Assembly (NCBI GenBank): GCA_030550495.1
Contig: JAUQPG010000004.1
Coordinates: 2,476 to 66,475 of the forward strand
Direction of reading: 5' to 3'
Source: Candidatus Bipolaricaulota bacterium
GTDB lineage: Bacteria; Bipolaricaulota; Bipolaricaulia; RBG-16-55-9; DRXL01
DNA: 64,000 nucleotides
Below the pieces are notes generated by a model. The model did not search any database. It was not told the DNA's origin and saw only the letters and a list, made by a program, of their open reading frames with translations. The position numbers were made by a program, and so were the translations under genes. This document shows, in pieces, positions 46,372 through 56,893 of the stretch; position 1 is the stretch's first letter, and every line of letters begins with the position of its first letter.

Positions 46372-48438
46372 ATGGAGAGCATCGTGCGGGAGATCACGCG
46401 AGAGATCAAAGAGTCCCAAGTCCCCGATAAGTATCGTCCCATCTCGTTTGAGGAGTATCTGAGGATGGTCTTTGAGGATCCGCGCCTTGTGCGCAACGCC
46501 TACCAACGGCTCTATGATATGATCCTCAGCCACGGCACCCATATCGCCAAAGTCCACGACAAAGAAGTGATTCACTATAACTTCTTCGACGATCCGTTCG
46601 GCAAGGGCGAAGACGCGATCTACGGCATCGATGAAGCTTTAAAGAATTTAGTAGACACGATCAACGCGGCAGCCAAGGGATTAGGGCCAGAGCGCCGTAT
46701 TATACTGTTACATGGGCCGGTAGCGACAAGCAAATCGACCATCGGGCGGCTCTTCCGCCGTGGCCTGGAAGAGTACTCGAAGACCGAGGACGGGCGACTC
46801 TATACGTTTGAGTGGGATGTCTCCGACTTCGATGACGAGCCAACGGATGTCGTTCCCTGCCCGATCTTCGAGGAACCCCTCCGGCTCATCCCTATCGAGC
46901 AGCGTCAGAAGATCTTGGTTGAGCTCAATCGCATCTTCAAAGAGAAGTATCATGGGGAGTACGAGCTGCGCGTCGAGGGCGATCTCTGTCCCAAGTGTCG
47001 GTTTTATTTCAATCGCTTCATGAGGCTCTATGAAGACGACTTAGAGAAGGTGCTCAAGCATGTCACGGTGCGCCGCTTGATCTTAAGTGAGAAAGATCGT
47101 CGTGGCATCGCGACGTTCGAGCCCAAAGACAAGAAGAACCAAGACGAAGAGGAGCTGACCGGCGGCCTCAATTGGCGCTTAGTGCAGATCTACGGAAGTG
47201 ACTCCGATCCCAGAGCGTTCAATTACGACGGCGAGCTCTGCATCGCCAACCGCGGCATCTTCGACGGCGAGGAGCTCTTAAAGCTCCAAGAAGAATTTCT
47301 CTATGACTTCTTACACGCCACGCAAGAGCACGTCATTAAGCCCAAGAAGAACCCGCGCATCGATATCGATACAGTGATCTTAGGGCGCACGAACAGCCCA
47401 GAGTATAAGCGCGTCAAGAGCAATGAGCGCATGGAGGCGTTCAACGACCGCACGCGCAAGATCGACATCCCCTATGTGCTACGTAAGTCAGACGAAGAGA
47501 AGATCTATAGGAAGTTCTTTGGGAAGAATCGCGTCTGGGGCAAGCATATTGCGCCGCATACGCTCGAGATGGCTGCCCTGTGGGCGGTGCTCACTCGACT
47601 GGAGGAGCCCAGCGCTGATATCTCGCTCTTGCAGAAAGCCAAGATCTACGATGGCGAGTCCATCCCCAATCGCACCGTAGACGTCAAGAAACTCTTAGAC
47701 GAGGCCAAGGGCAAAGAGGGCTTCTTCGGGATCAGCCCACGCTATGTCATCGATATGATCAGCAAAGCGCTGGTCAACGACGTCGAAGGGTGTATTAATC
47801 CCTATCGAGTGCTGGCGATGCTCGAGGATAACTTGCCCCACCATCCTGGGGTCGACGAGAATCGTATCGAAGAATACAAAGAGTACATTGAGCTCGTCAA
47901 AGAGGAGCTCTCGGCGATCTGCCAAGAGGAAGTGCGACGCGTCATCAGTCACGATCCAGAGGAACTGCGCCAAGTCGGGCAGAAATACTTAGATCACGTC
48001 ATGGCCTATCTCAACGACGAGAAAGTTGAAGATCGGTACACCGGCGAGGAGATGGAGCCCGACGAAGAGTTTATGCGCTCCATCGAGAAGCAGATCGGGA
48101 TCACCGAAGCGCAGAAAGACGACTTCAGACAAGAGATCTCTAACTGGATCAGCGAGCGCGCGCGCAAGGGGGAGCCGTTTAGCCCCGAGCACAATGACCG
48201 GCTCAGAAGAGCTCTCGAGAAGAAGCTCTGGGAGGACAAGAAGCACAATATTAACTTCACGGCGATGGTCAGCGACAAGACGACCGACCCCGAACACAAG
48301 AAGCGCAAGGCCGAATGGATCGAGCGTCTGAAGAAAGAGTACGGCTACTGCGACGTCTGCGCAGAGAACGTCATCGACTATGCGGGTGCCGAAGTTGCTC
48401 GCGAGGAGCTGGAGAAGCGCGAGAGCCGGCTCCCCTGA
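46372..48438 (+). CDS. prkA: PrkA-family serine protein kinase (AAA-like plus kinase domain)
   Basis: 688 aa with a P-loop LLHGPVATSKST. Collinear with PrkA/YeaG over the full length. Confidence 0.93.
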   Translation: MESIVREITREIKESQVPDKYRPISFEEYLRMVFEDPRLVRNAYQRLYDMILSHGTHIAKVHDKEVIHYNFFDDPFGKGEDAIYGIDEALKNLVDTINAAAKGLGPERRIILLHGPVATSKSTIGRLFRRGLEEYSKTEDGRLYTFEWDVSDFDDEPTDVVPCPIFEEPLRLIPIEQRQKILVELNRIFKEKYHGEYELRVEGDLCPKCRFYFNRFMRLYEDDLEKVLKHVTVRRLILSEKDRRGIATFEPKDKKNQDEEELTGGLNWRLVQIYGSDSDPRAFNYDGELCIANRGIFDGEELLKLQEEFLYDFLHATQEHVIKPKKNPRIDIDTVILGRTNSPEYKRVKSNERMEAFNDRTRKIDIPYVLRKSDEEKIYRKFFGKNRVWGKHIAPHTLEMAALWAVLTRLEEPSADISLLQKAKIYDGESIPNRTVDVKKLLDEAKGKEGFFGISPRYVIDMISKALVNDVEGCINPYRVLAMLEDNLPHHPGVDENRIEEYKEYIELVKEELSAICQEEVRRVISHDPEELRQVGQKYLDHVMAYLNDEKVEDRYTGEEMEPDEEFMRSIEKQIGITEAQKDDFRQEISNWISERARKGEPFSPEHNDRLRRALEKKLWEDKKHNINFTAMVSDKTTDPEHKKRKAEWIERLKKEYGYCDVCAENVIDYAGAEVAREELEKRESRLP

Positions 48439-48492
48439 CCCCTCCCTGGGTCTTGAGACTCACTACGGGCCAGGGAGTGAGGTCTCCTAGAG

Positions 48493-49614
48493 GTGATCAC
48501 GATGGCCAAGCGCATCTTGAAGGACCTCGAACGCTTCAAGAGGATCGTGCGCGGCGAGATTAGAAAGAATTTACAAGAGCTCATCGAGACGGGCTCGATT
48601 GTGGGGCAGAAGGGCGGAGATATCGTGAAGGTTCCCATTAAGGCGATTCGCATCCCGCAATTTCGGTATGACCCGCACGAGCAGGGGGGCATCGGCGTCG
48701 GCGCGGGGGAGATCGGTGAGCCTATTCAGTTCGACCCAAGCCAAGACGGGTCTGGCCAAGCTGGCTACGGGCCAGGTCCGCACTTTCGCGAAGTCGAGAT
48801 CGAAGTCCGTGAGCTTGCTGAGATCCTAGGCGAAGAGCTCGAGCTGCCACGCATCCAGCCCAAGGGGCATCGCCATGTGCTCAGCGGCGATGAAGAGTAC
48901 GAAGACGTCGCGACAGTGGGCCCGCAGGCGCTCTTGCTGAAGCGTCGTGCGTTTCGCAAAGGGCTCCTGCGCCAGCTCCTCATGAGCCCTCCTCTTGCTC
49001 CCCACGAGACGGTCGTCGTGACCCCGATCAAAGAAGATATGCGCTATCTCTACGGCCAGCCCAGTGAGAAACCCGAAGCCAACTGTGTTATCATCTTTAT
49101 GCGCGACGCCTCCGGCTCGATGTCCGGGGAGAAGACTGAAATTATCCGCCAAGAGAACTGGTGGATCGATCTGTGGTTGCGCACCAACTATGCCAACGTC
49201 GAGCGCGTCTATATCTTGCACGACTACGAGGCTCAAGAAGTCTCCGAAGAAGACTTTTATAGCTTAAGTACCGGGGGAGGCACGCGGATCAGCTCGGCGT
49301 ATGAGCTGTGCAATCGCGTTATTGATCGGCGCTACTCTCCAGAGCATTGGAATATCTACGCGTTCCACTTCAGCGACGGCGAGAATTGGATGGGCGACAC
49401 GGAGAACGCCTGTGTGCCCTTGTTGCGCGACCATTTGCTCCCCAAAGTGAATCTCTTCTGTTATGGGCAGGTGACGCTGGGGCGGCGCTCCCCGGGATTG
49501 CACTTGGTCAAGCTGAAAGAACGTATCGAAGACGACCGTCTTGTGACATCGATCATCTCCGATCGTGAGGATATTTTGCGATCTATCAAAGATTTTCTGG
49601 GCAAGGGGCGATAG
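48493..49614 (+). CDS. DUF444 protein (YeaH/YhbH family, VWA-like)
   Basis: 373 aa: ...GGDIVKVPIKAIRIPQFRYD.... The conserved partner of PrkA. Confidence 0.9.
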   Translation: MITMAKRILKDLERFKRIVRGEIRKNLQELIETGSIVGQKGGDIVKVPIKAIRIPQFRYDPHEQGGIGVGAGEIGEPIQFDPSQDGSGQAGYGPGPHFREVEIEVRELAEILGEELELPRIQPKGHRHVLSGDEEYEDVATVGPQALLLKRRAFRKGLLRQLLMSPPLAPHETVVVTPIKEDMRYLYGQPSEKPEANCVIIFMRDASGSMSGEKTEIIRQENWWIDLWLRTNYANVERVYILHDYEAQEVSEEDFYSLSTGGGTRISSAYELCNRVIDRRYSPEHWNIYAFHFSDGENWMGDTENACVPLLRDHLLPKVNLFCYGQVTLGRRSPGLHLVKLKERIEDDRLVTSIISDREDILRSIKDFLGKGR

Positions 49615-49616
49615 CC

Positions 49617-51236
49617 ATGCTCGCCAAGAAGATCCGTGAGCTGGAGGAGCTGCGTGAGCAAGCGCGCCGACTCGTCGAAGCTGCGGGTCTTGATCCCTGG
49701 CCCGTGATCTTCGGCATCGTCGATCACGATCAGCTCAATGAGTACTCAGCGTATGACGGCTTCCCTGAACGCTTTCCCCATTGGTCGTTTGGCATGAGCT
49801 ATGACTATTTTCGCAAGCGCTCGGCATATTCTGGTTGGTGGACCTACGAATTAGTATTGAACACCAACCCGGCCATCGCGTACTTGCGGGAGAGCAACAC
49901 CCCTATCGAAAACAAAGGGGTGATGATCCACGTCTACGCCCATGTCGATTTCTTTAAAAATAACTATTGGTTCTCCAAGACCCCTAAGGACATGATCAAG
50001 GTCATGCACACCCATGCCGAGCGCGTGGAGGAGTACATGGAGAGATACGGGGTGGAGAAAGTCGAATCGTTCATTGACAAGGCGCTCTCGCTTCAGTACG
50101 AGATCGATCAGTATGCGCCATTTATGAAGCGCACGACCAAGGCCGGAGAAGAAGAGCGTCTGCAGGAGCCCGCGCGTATCCCTGTGAAGCGTGACTATAT
50201 GGATCGTTTTATCAACCCTCCCCGGTGGCTGGAAGAGCGGCGGGCCAAGCTGCAGGCAGCCCAAGAGCGTGCCCGACTCCGCGATGAGACCGAGCTGCTC
50301 AAGCCGGATAAAGATCTCCTCGGGTTCCTCGCCAAGTATGGGCGTCTGGAGAATTGGCAGCGAGATATCCTCGCGATGATCCGCGAAGAGTCGTATTACT
50401 TTGTCCCTCAGATCCAGACCAAGATCATGAACGAAGGGTGGGCCATGTTTTGGCAGTCGAAGCTCATGACCGAGTTTGCCCAGCCCCATGAGTTCATAGA
50501 TCACGCCGATATGATGAGCAAAGTGCTTGCTGGTGGGGCGCTCAACCCCTATGCATTGGGGAAGCTCATGTGGGAAGATATCAAGGAGCGCTGGGACAAA
50601 GGGCGCTTTGGACGCGAGTGGGAGCTCTGCAAAGATCCCGAAAAGAAGAGACGTTGGGACACCAAAGCCAACTTGGGCACAGAGAAAATCTTCGAAGTGC
50701 GGCGCACCTACAACGACGTGATGTTCCTCTCAGAGTTCTTCACCCCGGAGCTCTTCGAGAGACTGAAGCTCTTCGCTTATGAATATATCCCAGAGACTGG
50801 GGCGTATCACATTACGTCGCGGGACTATGAAGACGTCAAGAAGAAGTTGCTCCTGTTGCACACTAACCTTGGGCGTCCTCTCATCAAAGTCGCCACGGGC
50901 AACTACGGCAACAGAGGAGAGCTCTTGCTCTTGCACTTTTATAACGGTGTGGGCTTGCACCTTGACGAAGCGAAGGAAGTCCTCAAGAATATCTATGCGA
51001 TGTGGGGGCGCCCGGTCAATCTGAAGACGATCATTCGGAGGAAGGTCAAAGACCCTGATCCTACACGCAATCGTATTCATCCAGAACATCCTATGACATC
51101 CGTCTATGAGGAGCAAGGGGTGCTCTTACGCTACGACGGGGAGAACTTCCGTGAGCTGGCCCTCAGCGCCCATGAAGTCAAAGATATCCGGCTCGATGAA
51201 GACTACAGTACGGTTCCTAAGGAGTGGATCGGGTAA
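49617..51236 (+). CDS. SpoVR/YcgB-family protein
   Basis: 539 aa: ...DGFPERFPHWSFGMSYD...NEGWAMFWQS.... Confidence 0.93.
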   Translation: MLAKKIRELEELREQARRLVEAAGLDPWPVIFGIVDHDQLNEYSAYDGFPERFPHWSFGMSYDYFRKRSAYSGWWTYELVLNTNPAIAYLRESNTPIENKGVMIHVYAHVDFFKNNYWFSKTPKDMIKVMHTHAERVEEYMERYGVEKVESFIDKALSLQYEIDQYAPFMKRTTKAGEEERLQEPARIPVKRDYMDRFINPPRWLEERRAKLQAAQERARLRDETELLKPDKDLLGFLAKYGRLENWQRDILAMIREESYYFVPQIQTKIMNEGWAMFWQSKLMTEFAQPHEFIDHADMMSKVLAGGALNPYALGKLMWEDIKERWDKGRFGREWELCKDPEKKRRWDTKANLGTEKIFEVRRTYNDVMFLSEFFTPELFERLKLFAYEYIPETGAYHITSRDYEDVKKKLLLLHTNLGRPLIKVATGNYGNRGELLLLHFYNGVGLHLDEAKEVLKNIYAMWGRPVNLKTIIRRKVKDPDPTRNRIHPEHPMTSVYEEQGVLLRYDGENFRELALSAHEVKDIRLDEDYSTVPKEWIG

Positions 51237-52339
51237 CTGTGCGACGCGTGCTCTTCGCCTTAAAGATCTCTATTTTTGTAGTCTTGGCGCTCTCACTTGT
51301 CTTTCTCTATCTGCAAGGGCGGGTCGCAGTCGTCTACGAAGAGCAGTACTTGCTGGGCACATATTTTCGCATCAAAGCTCAGAGTCGCTCCCGCGAGCAT
51401 GCTCAGCAAGCTATTCGTGAGGCTTTTTCAGAAGCACAGAGGCTCTCTGAAGAGTTCAGTCGCATTGGCTTGGGATCACTAGGGGAGCTCAATCGTCGTG
51501 GCGTTTCTGAGCCTGTGCAGCTCTCGCGTGATGTGTTCATCGTGCTCGAAGCTGCTGCACGCTATCGCCAGCTCAGCGAGGGCGCCTTCGATCACACCAT
51601 AGGGAAGATCATTGATCTGTGGGGTTTTACACAAGAGTGGGATCGCGCTGGGGTAGGGCGCATCCCCTCTGATGAAGAGCTTGCGCCTTTGGTTGCAGAG
51701 CAGCGTGAGGTCTTTCTTGACCCAACAGCCAAGACGGCGCGGCTTGCCAACCCTGCTATTGAAGTTGATCTTGGGGGCATCGCCAAGGGGTATATCGTCG
51801 ATAAAGTCGTCGAGATTCTGAAAAAGCACGAGCTGGACAGAGCACTTGTGGACGCTGGGGGCAATATTCGAGTCTTCAATGATCGTCCAAGGAAAGTTTT
51901 ATGGTTTGAGGACCGACGGCCGTTTCGCATTGGGGTGCAGCATCCCCGCGACGAACAGAAGATCATAGGGGTCTTAGAGCTCTGGGGGGATCGGGCGCTG
52001 GCGACGTCGGGGGATTATCAGCGCTGTTTTTTCGCCGATGCGCTGAACAATATCTTTCCGTGTCGCTATGCCGACGAACCTGATAAGATTCGTTACCATC
52101 ACATCATTGATCCCAAGACGGGGCAGCCAGCGCGCGGCTTGATCAGCGCGACTATATTAGCCCCCACAGCGATGGAGGCCGACGCGCTCAGCACGGCGGT
52201 CTTTGTGCTGGGCGAGCAGAAGGGACTAGCACTGATAGAGAGCCTGCCCAATGTCGAGGGTATTCTCGTGACAAGCGATGGGCGCATTATCGTCTCATCG
52301 GGGCTCAAGACCATAGACTTCCCGACGAAGCTACCATGA
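51224..52339 (+). CDS. apbE: FAD:protein FMN transferase (ApbE family)
   Basis: DHTIGKIIDLWGF... and VDLGGIAKGY. Overlaps the spoVR stop by 13 nt. Possible N-terminal membrane anchor. Confidence 0.9.
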   Translation: MDRVTVRRVLFALKISIFVVLALSLVFLYLQGRVAVVYEEQYLLGTYFRIKAQSRSREHAQQAIREAFSEAQRLSEEFSRIGLGSLGELNRRGVSEPVQLSRDVFIVLEAAARYRQLSEGAFDHTIGKIIDLWGFTQEWDRAGVGRIPSDEELAPLVAEQREVFLDPTAKTARLANPAIEVDLGGIAKGYIVDKVVEILKKHELDRALVDAGGNIRVFNDRPRKVLWFEDRRPFRIGVQHPRDEQKIIGVLELWGDRALATSGDYQRCFFADALNNIFPCRYADEPDKIRYHHIIDPKTGQPARGLISATILAPTAMEADALSTAVFVLGEQKGLALIESLPNVEGILVTSDGRIIVSSGLKTIDFPTKLP

Positions 52340-52728
52340 GGGAACTTTTGCGTGCTGTCGGGCGCTACTTGACGTGGGGCGACTATCTTGTGATCGCCCT
52401 GGTCTTACTTGGAGCGGCTGCGACGATCCCGATGGTGCACCATGGGACTGAAGCGTCCGGGCGTTGGGCTATTGTGCGCCTAGACGGACAGATCGTGCAT
52501 CAGCTTTCGCTTGCGCAAGACCAAGAAGTGAGGGTCGCTGGTCCTGCGGGCGAGACGGTGATCCAGGTGCAGGGCGGGCGGGTTCGGGTGCTGCGCTCCC
52601 CAGGAGCGCAAGAGATCTGCATGCGCCAGGGATGGATCTACAAGCCCGGCCAAGCTTTAATCTGTCTGCCTAATCACGTCACGATAGAGATTCCTGGAGA
52701 TTCCGGGATCGACGCGATCTCGCGATGA
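52336..52728 (+). CDS. NusG-domain-II-containing protein (ApbE-associated)
   Basis: 130 aa with an N-terminal TM helix and a beta-rich domain. Translationally coupled on both sides. Confidence 0.65.
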   Translation: MRELLRAVGRYLTWGDYLVIALVLLGAAATIPMVHHGTEASGRWAIVRLDGQIVHQLSLAQDQEVRVAGPAGETVIQVQGGRVRVLRSPGAQEICMRQGWIYKPGQALICLPNHVTIEIPGDSGIDAISR

Positions 52729-53273
52729 CCCCGTATACGCGCAACACACTCCCTGAAGTGTGGCTCTTGAAGCGCATTCTCTTCGCGGCGCTCTTGGCGT
52801 TGGGGATCGTGCTCTATGTGTTAGAAGGGTTCTTCCCGCCGTTGGTGCCGGTGCCAGGGGCCAAGCTCGGTCTCTCGAATATCTTAGTGCTCTTCACGAT
52901 GCTCTTTCTCGGCTACGGCGCGGGGATTTTTTTAGCCATTGCTCGCAGCATTTTAGGGAGTTTTATCGCGGGGACCCTCTTGGCCCCAGGGGCGCTCTTA
53001 AGCCTTGCTGGGGGCTTAGTGAGCGCCCTCATCGTCGCGTTCAGTCTGAAGAGACTGCGCCCGCCGCTGGGGCTTGTGGGCGTCAGTATCTTAGGGGCGA
53101 TCGCTCATAACGTCACCCAGCTTGTTGTGGCGTACTTTCTCTTCGTGCAGATCAGTGGGCTTTTTTACTATCTGCCATTTATGCTGATCTTAGGGCTGAT
53201 CAGCGGGCTGATCACCGGGCTGATCGCCGTCTATCTCTTTGAGCGCTTAGGCCGCGAGCTGGGGTTGCATTGA
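52725..53273 (+). CDS. Gx-transporter-family membrane protein (heptaprenyl-diphosphate synthase component I-like)
   Basis: 182 aa with 5 TM helices and a glycine-rich LGSFIAG..SLAGGLVSA motif. Confidence 0.7.
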   Translation: MTPYTRNTLPEVWLLKRILFAALLALGIVLYVLEGFFPPLVPVPGAKLGLSNILVLFTMLFLGYGAGIFLAIARSILGSFIAGTLLAPGALLSLAGGLVSALIVAFSLKRLRPPLGLVGVSILGAIAHNVTQLVVAYFLFVQISGLFYYLPFMLILGLISGLITGLIAVYLFERLGRELGLH

Positions 53274-53314
53274 GGTCCCTTGCTCATTGAAGCTACTCAG
53301 ATTATACTAATTGA

Positions 53315-54106
53315 GTGAAAGATTTATCGGTTTTCAAAAAACTTGCTATAGAAGCGGCCTATCAAGCTGGGAAGCTCTTGCGCCACAACTTTCGTCACGG
53401 CCATCGCTTCGAGCTCAAAAGCGGCTTTCGCGATCTGGTCACGGAGTTCGACCGCCGCGCCGAAGAGCTCATCGTCTCACTGATCAGAAAGAGTTTCCCC
53501 GAACACTCTATTCTCACCGAAGAGGGCTCCGTGCACCCTACAGATACGGCTCCCTATCAATGGATCATAGACCCCATTGACGGGACCACCAACTTCGCTC
53601 ATGGCTTCCCATTCTTTGCTGTTTCTATTGCGCTTTACTATCAAGATGAAGCACTTCTGGGCGTCGTGTATAATCCCATCCATGACGAGCTGTTCGTCGG
53701 CGAAGCCGGCCAGGGAGCCCAGCTCAATGGCCAGCCCATCAGAGTCTCGCAGATCGAGACCCTGCAAGAGAGTTTGGTGATGACCGGTTTCCCCTACGAC
53801 GAACGCTTGATCCCCAAGCACTTAGCATGGTGGGAGCGCTTTGCGAGAAAGACGCAGACGTTGAGACGGCTCGGCTCGTCTGCGCTAGCGCTCGCATACT
53901 TAGCCGCCGGACGAGCCGATGGCTACTGGGAATTGGACTTGAAGCCGTGGGACATGGCTGCAGCAGTGCTCATCGTGCGTGAGGCCGGCGGAAAAGTCAC
54001 AGACTTACGAGGACAGACACTCAATCTCTACAGTGGCGAGGTCTTGGCTACTAATGGGAAGATTCACGACGCGATGATCCAAGTCTTGCAGGGCGAGCGT
54101 GAGTAG
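53315..54106 (+). CDS. Inositol monophosphatase family (SuhB-like) phosphatase
   Basis: [25 protein letters not shown]... and WDMAAA. GTG start. TATACT at 53303-53308 lies only 6 nt upstream, so the transcript may be leaderless. Confidence 0.88.
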   Translation: MKDLSVFKKLAIEAAYQAGKLLRHNFRHGHRFELKSGFRDLVTEFDRRAEELIVSLIRKSFPEHSILTEEGSVHPTDTAPYQWIIDPIDGTTNFAHGFPFFAVSIALYYQDEALLGVVYNPIHDELFVGEAGQGAQLNGQPIRVSQIETLQESLVMTGFPYDERLIPKHLAWWERFARKTQTLRRLGSSALALAYLAAGRADGYWELDLKPWDMAAAVLIVREAGGKVTDLRGQTLNLYSGEVLATNGKIHDAMIQVLQGERE

Positions 54107-54108
54107 CG

Positions 54109-55428
54109 ATGGAGCAGACGTATATCGAAGATATCGCTCACAAAGTCGGGGAGGAAGTCTTAATTTGTGGTTGGCTCTACAATCGTCGCGAGTCTGGCAA
54201 GATTCAGTTCTTGCTCATTCGTGACGGGACGGGGGTCATCCAAGCTGTTGTCACCAAAGCCGATGGGGAAGCATTTGAGAAGGCCCTCAGACTGACGCAA
54301 GAGTCGTCGCTGAAGGTGCGGGGCACGGTGCGAGAGGACGCGCGCGCCCCCGGCGGCTACGAGTTACAGATTAAAGATATCGAGATCGTGCAGCGCGTCG
54401 AGGAGAAATATCCCATAGACTTAAAGGAGCACGGGCCGGCGTTTCTCTTGGACCATCGGCACTTGTGGATTCGCACCCCAAGGCAGACGGCGATCCTACG
54501 GCTGCGCCATGAAGTGATGCAAGCGATTCGCGACTTCTTCAATGAGCGCGGGTTCATTGCGACGGAGGCGCCTATTCTCACGCCGTCGGCGTGTGAGGGC
54601 ACAACGACGCTCTTTGAAGTCAATTACTTTGACGAGAAGGCGTATCTCTCTCAGAGCGGGCAGCTCTACTTAGAAGCGACGGCGATGGCGCTTGGGAGGG
54701 TCTATTGGATCGGCCCGGCCTTTAGAGCCGAAAAATCCAAGACTCGCAAACACTTGACAGAGTTTTGGATGGCCGAGGCCGAGGTCGCGTTCTTCGATCA
54801 CGAGCAGAATCTCAAGCTGCAAGAAGAGCTTGTGAAGTACGTGATCGGGCGCTGTCTGCAGAAGCGTGCCCGCGAGCTGAAGGAGCTTGGGCGTCAGACG
54901 GAGTCGCTTGAACGCGCTGTCGCTGAGCCCTTTGCGCGTATCACTTATGCGGAGTCGTTGGAGATCATCAATGAGCTTCTGAAAGAGAGGATTGCATCTG
55001 GGGAGGTAGAGAAGCTCAATTGGGGAGACGATTTTGGCGCGCCGCACGAAGAAGCGTTGGGGCAGCACTTTGGGAGGCCCGTCTTCGTCGAATTTTTCCC
55101 CGCAAAGATGAAAGCGTTTTATATGGAACCCAAGCCCGACAATCCCGATCTCGTGTTAGCTGCAGATCTGATCGCTCCCGAAGGCTACGGAGAGATCATC
55201 GGGGGCAGCCAGCGCATTTCAGATATTAATCTTTTGAAGCAGCGCTTGAAGGACTTCGGGCTGCCGGAGGAGCCGTACCAATGGTACATTGACTTGCGCA
55301 AGTACGGGGGCGTGCCGCATTCTGGGTTTGGGTTGGGTGTGGAGCGTCTGACGACGTGGATTGCGGGGCTAGAGCACCTGCGCGAGACGATCCCGTTCCC
55401 GAGAATGATCTATCGCTTGAAGCCGTAG
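54109..55428 (+). CDS. asnS: Asparagine--tRNA ligase (class IIb)
   Basis: N-terminal OB fold. Class II motifs [21 protein letters not shown] and [16 protein letters not shown] is AsnRS-type. Ends ...[12 protein letters not shown]. Confidence 0.85.
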   Translation: MEQTYIEDIAHKVGEEVLICGWLYNRRESGKIQFLLIRDGTGVIQAVVTKADGEAFEKALRLTQESSLKVRGTVREDARAPGGYELQIKDIEIVQRVEEKYPIDLKEHGPAFLLDHRHLWIRTPRQTAILRLRHEVMQAIRDFFNERGFIATEAPILTPSACEGTTTLFEVNYFDEKAYLSQSGQLYLEATAMALGRVYWIGPAFRAEKSKTRKHLTEFWMAEAEVAFFDHEQNLKLQEELVKYVIGRCLQKRARELKELGRQTESLERAVAEPFARITYAESLEIINELLKERIASGEVEKLNWGDDFGAPHEEALGQHFGRPVFVEFFPAKMKAFYMEPKPDNPDLVLAADLIAPEGYGEIIGGSQRISDINLLKQRLKDFGLPEEPYQWYIDLRKYGGVPHSGFGLGVERLTTWIAGLEHLRETIPFPRMIYRLKP

Positions 55429-55472
55429 AGAAACTGTCATTACGGCACGCCGAAGCGCGACAACGGCCAGAT

Positions 55473-55790
55473 TTATCTTATCATCCTGACTATGTCAAGC
55501 ATAGACCATATCCAGACAAAGACCACTCCTATAAGGAGATCATAGGTACTAATAATGCTATTTTCATTGGCACTAGCTTTCTCAATGCGCCCTATCACAA
55601 TTAAGATAATAATTACTGCTGTTATGAGCCATAAATCAACGAGTGCCCACCACAAATTGGGACTAAGCTTATAGACGAGGCGTTCATTAATAACATACAA
55701 GATGGTTTGAACGATCCTTACCAGAGTGATAGCAACAATGCCTACTAACGCAACAAGCCTAGCAACCCTCATTATTTTCATTATTTTCAT
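55473..55790 (-). CDS. Hypothetical small membrane protein in an AT-rich islet
   Basis: 105 aa with 3 hydrophobic helices. Local GC is far below the window average. No homology recognised. Confidence 0.4.
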   Translation of the reverse strand: MKIMKIMRVARLVALVGIVAITLVRIVQTILYVINERLVYKLSPNLWWALVDLWLITAVIIILIVIGRIEKASANENSIISTYDLLIGVVFVWIWSMLDIVRMIR

Positions 55791-56100
55791 ACAGTAGTCT
55801 CCTCATCTAGTGAAATTCTTACTGCAATTATAACTAACCTCACACTTATCGCAAGACCTGCAGCACATCTCACACATGCTCATCCCATGTCTATAAACTT
55901 GTTTACACTCAGGGTGTAAAGTGCTTTACACATCTGTCGTACAGCCATAGCTGAACTCCTTCGCTGTAGGCCCGTGACTTTGCGCCCCCAAGTTTCCCTG
56001 GGTTTGCCCTGAGCAAAGATGACACAAACAGTGTAACACTGGAAAAGTTTCGAGGAGTATAAAGACAATCGCGCCGCTCGCCCAGATAAGCCCAACGATG

Positions 56101-56526
56101 TTAAACGTTGATCTTCCAGCCAGACCTCCAAGGCACGACCTTCCCGCTGGCTCGCCACCGACGGAAGACCTTGCGCATCTCTGCGAATCCCCCTCGATCC
56201 CACAGCACGATGCCATGCTCTAAAGCCTCCAAGAGCAAGGGATGGAATTCCTCAAACATCCGCTGCCATTCGCTACGGCTGTACGGGAAGACTTCTATGT
56301 TCCCCGCTATTTCTCGTGAGAACTCTTCCAGACGGTCGATCCAGCGCTTGCCATCATCTCCCCCTAGGCCCACAAGAAGGTCATAATCGCTTCCCCACGA
56401 CCAGTCCCCACGAGCCATAGAGCCGAACAGCACAATGAATTCCAGCTTGGCATCTCGCCGCAGGAGACGCTCCACCAAGCGCTCTACCTGCTCCACCTCA
56501 GGGCGATCCGATAAGATCTTCAGCAA
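56101..56526 (-). CDS. Nucleotidyltransferase-domain protein (MNT-type, antitoxin-like)
   Basis: GSMARGDWSWGSDYDLLV matches the GS-x9-DxD Pol-beta NTase motif. 141 aa. Confidence 0.8.
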   Translation of the reverse strand: MLKILSDRPEVEQVERLVERLLRRDAKLEFIVLFGSMARGDWSWGSDYDLLVGLGGDDGKRWIDRLEEFSREIAGNIEVFPYSRSEWQRMFEEFHPLLLEALEHGIVLWDRGGFAEMRKVFRRWRASGKVVPWRSGWKINV

Positions 56527-56893
56527 ATCGGATCACCTCTTCTGCATCGGTCAGGGCCTGGCGGGCATCGGCCTCGAAGAACTGCTCCGCCGGAGCTCCT
56601 TGGTCGAAAGCGTTGGGGTAGCGTGTCGGAATGTAGTACCGATTCAACCGGGCACAAGACATTCGCAGGGGCTCAGGGACAGCTGTGTGAGCAGCAATTG
56701 CTTGGACGAGCAGATTCAAGTTATGCCCGAATTGGGGGATCCGGAAATGTTCACAGACGGCTTTCAGGGCCTTCTCTGCCGCTTGTTGACAAGTGAAGCA
56801 GCACCAAGACCAGTGCTGTCCTCGCAGCAAGTCGTAGCCTGCGCATAGTTCCGCTTGGGCTTCCTTCAACCAATCCTTGGCCCGTTGTACCAT
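56498..56893 (-). CDS. HEPN-domain protein (toxin-like partner of MNT)
   Basis: ...WSWCCFTCQQAAEKALKAV...LNRYYIPTRYPNAF, a classic HEPN (PF05168-type) signature. Overlaps the MNT gene by 29 nt. Confidence 0.8.
   Translation of the reverse strand: MVQRAKDWLKEAQAELCAGYDLLRGQHWSWCCFTCQQAAEKALKAVCEHFRIPQFGHNLNLLVQAIAAHTAVPEPLRMSCARLNRYYIPTRYPNAFDQGAPAEQFFEADARQALTDAEEVIRFAEDLIGSP

Noticed and set aside
49851-50504. 217-aa minus-strand ORF
   Set aside because: Antisense within spoVR.
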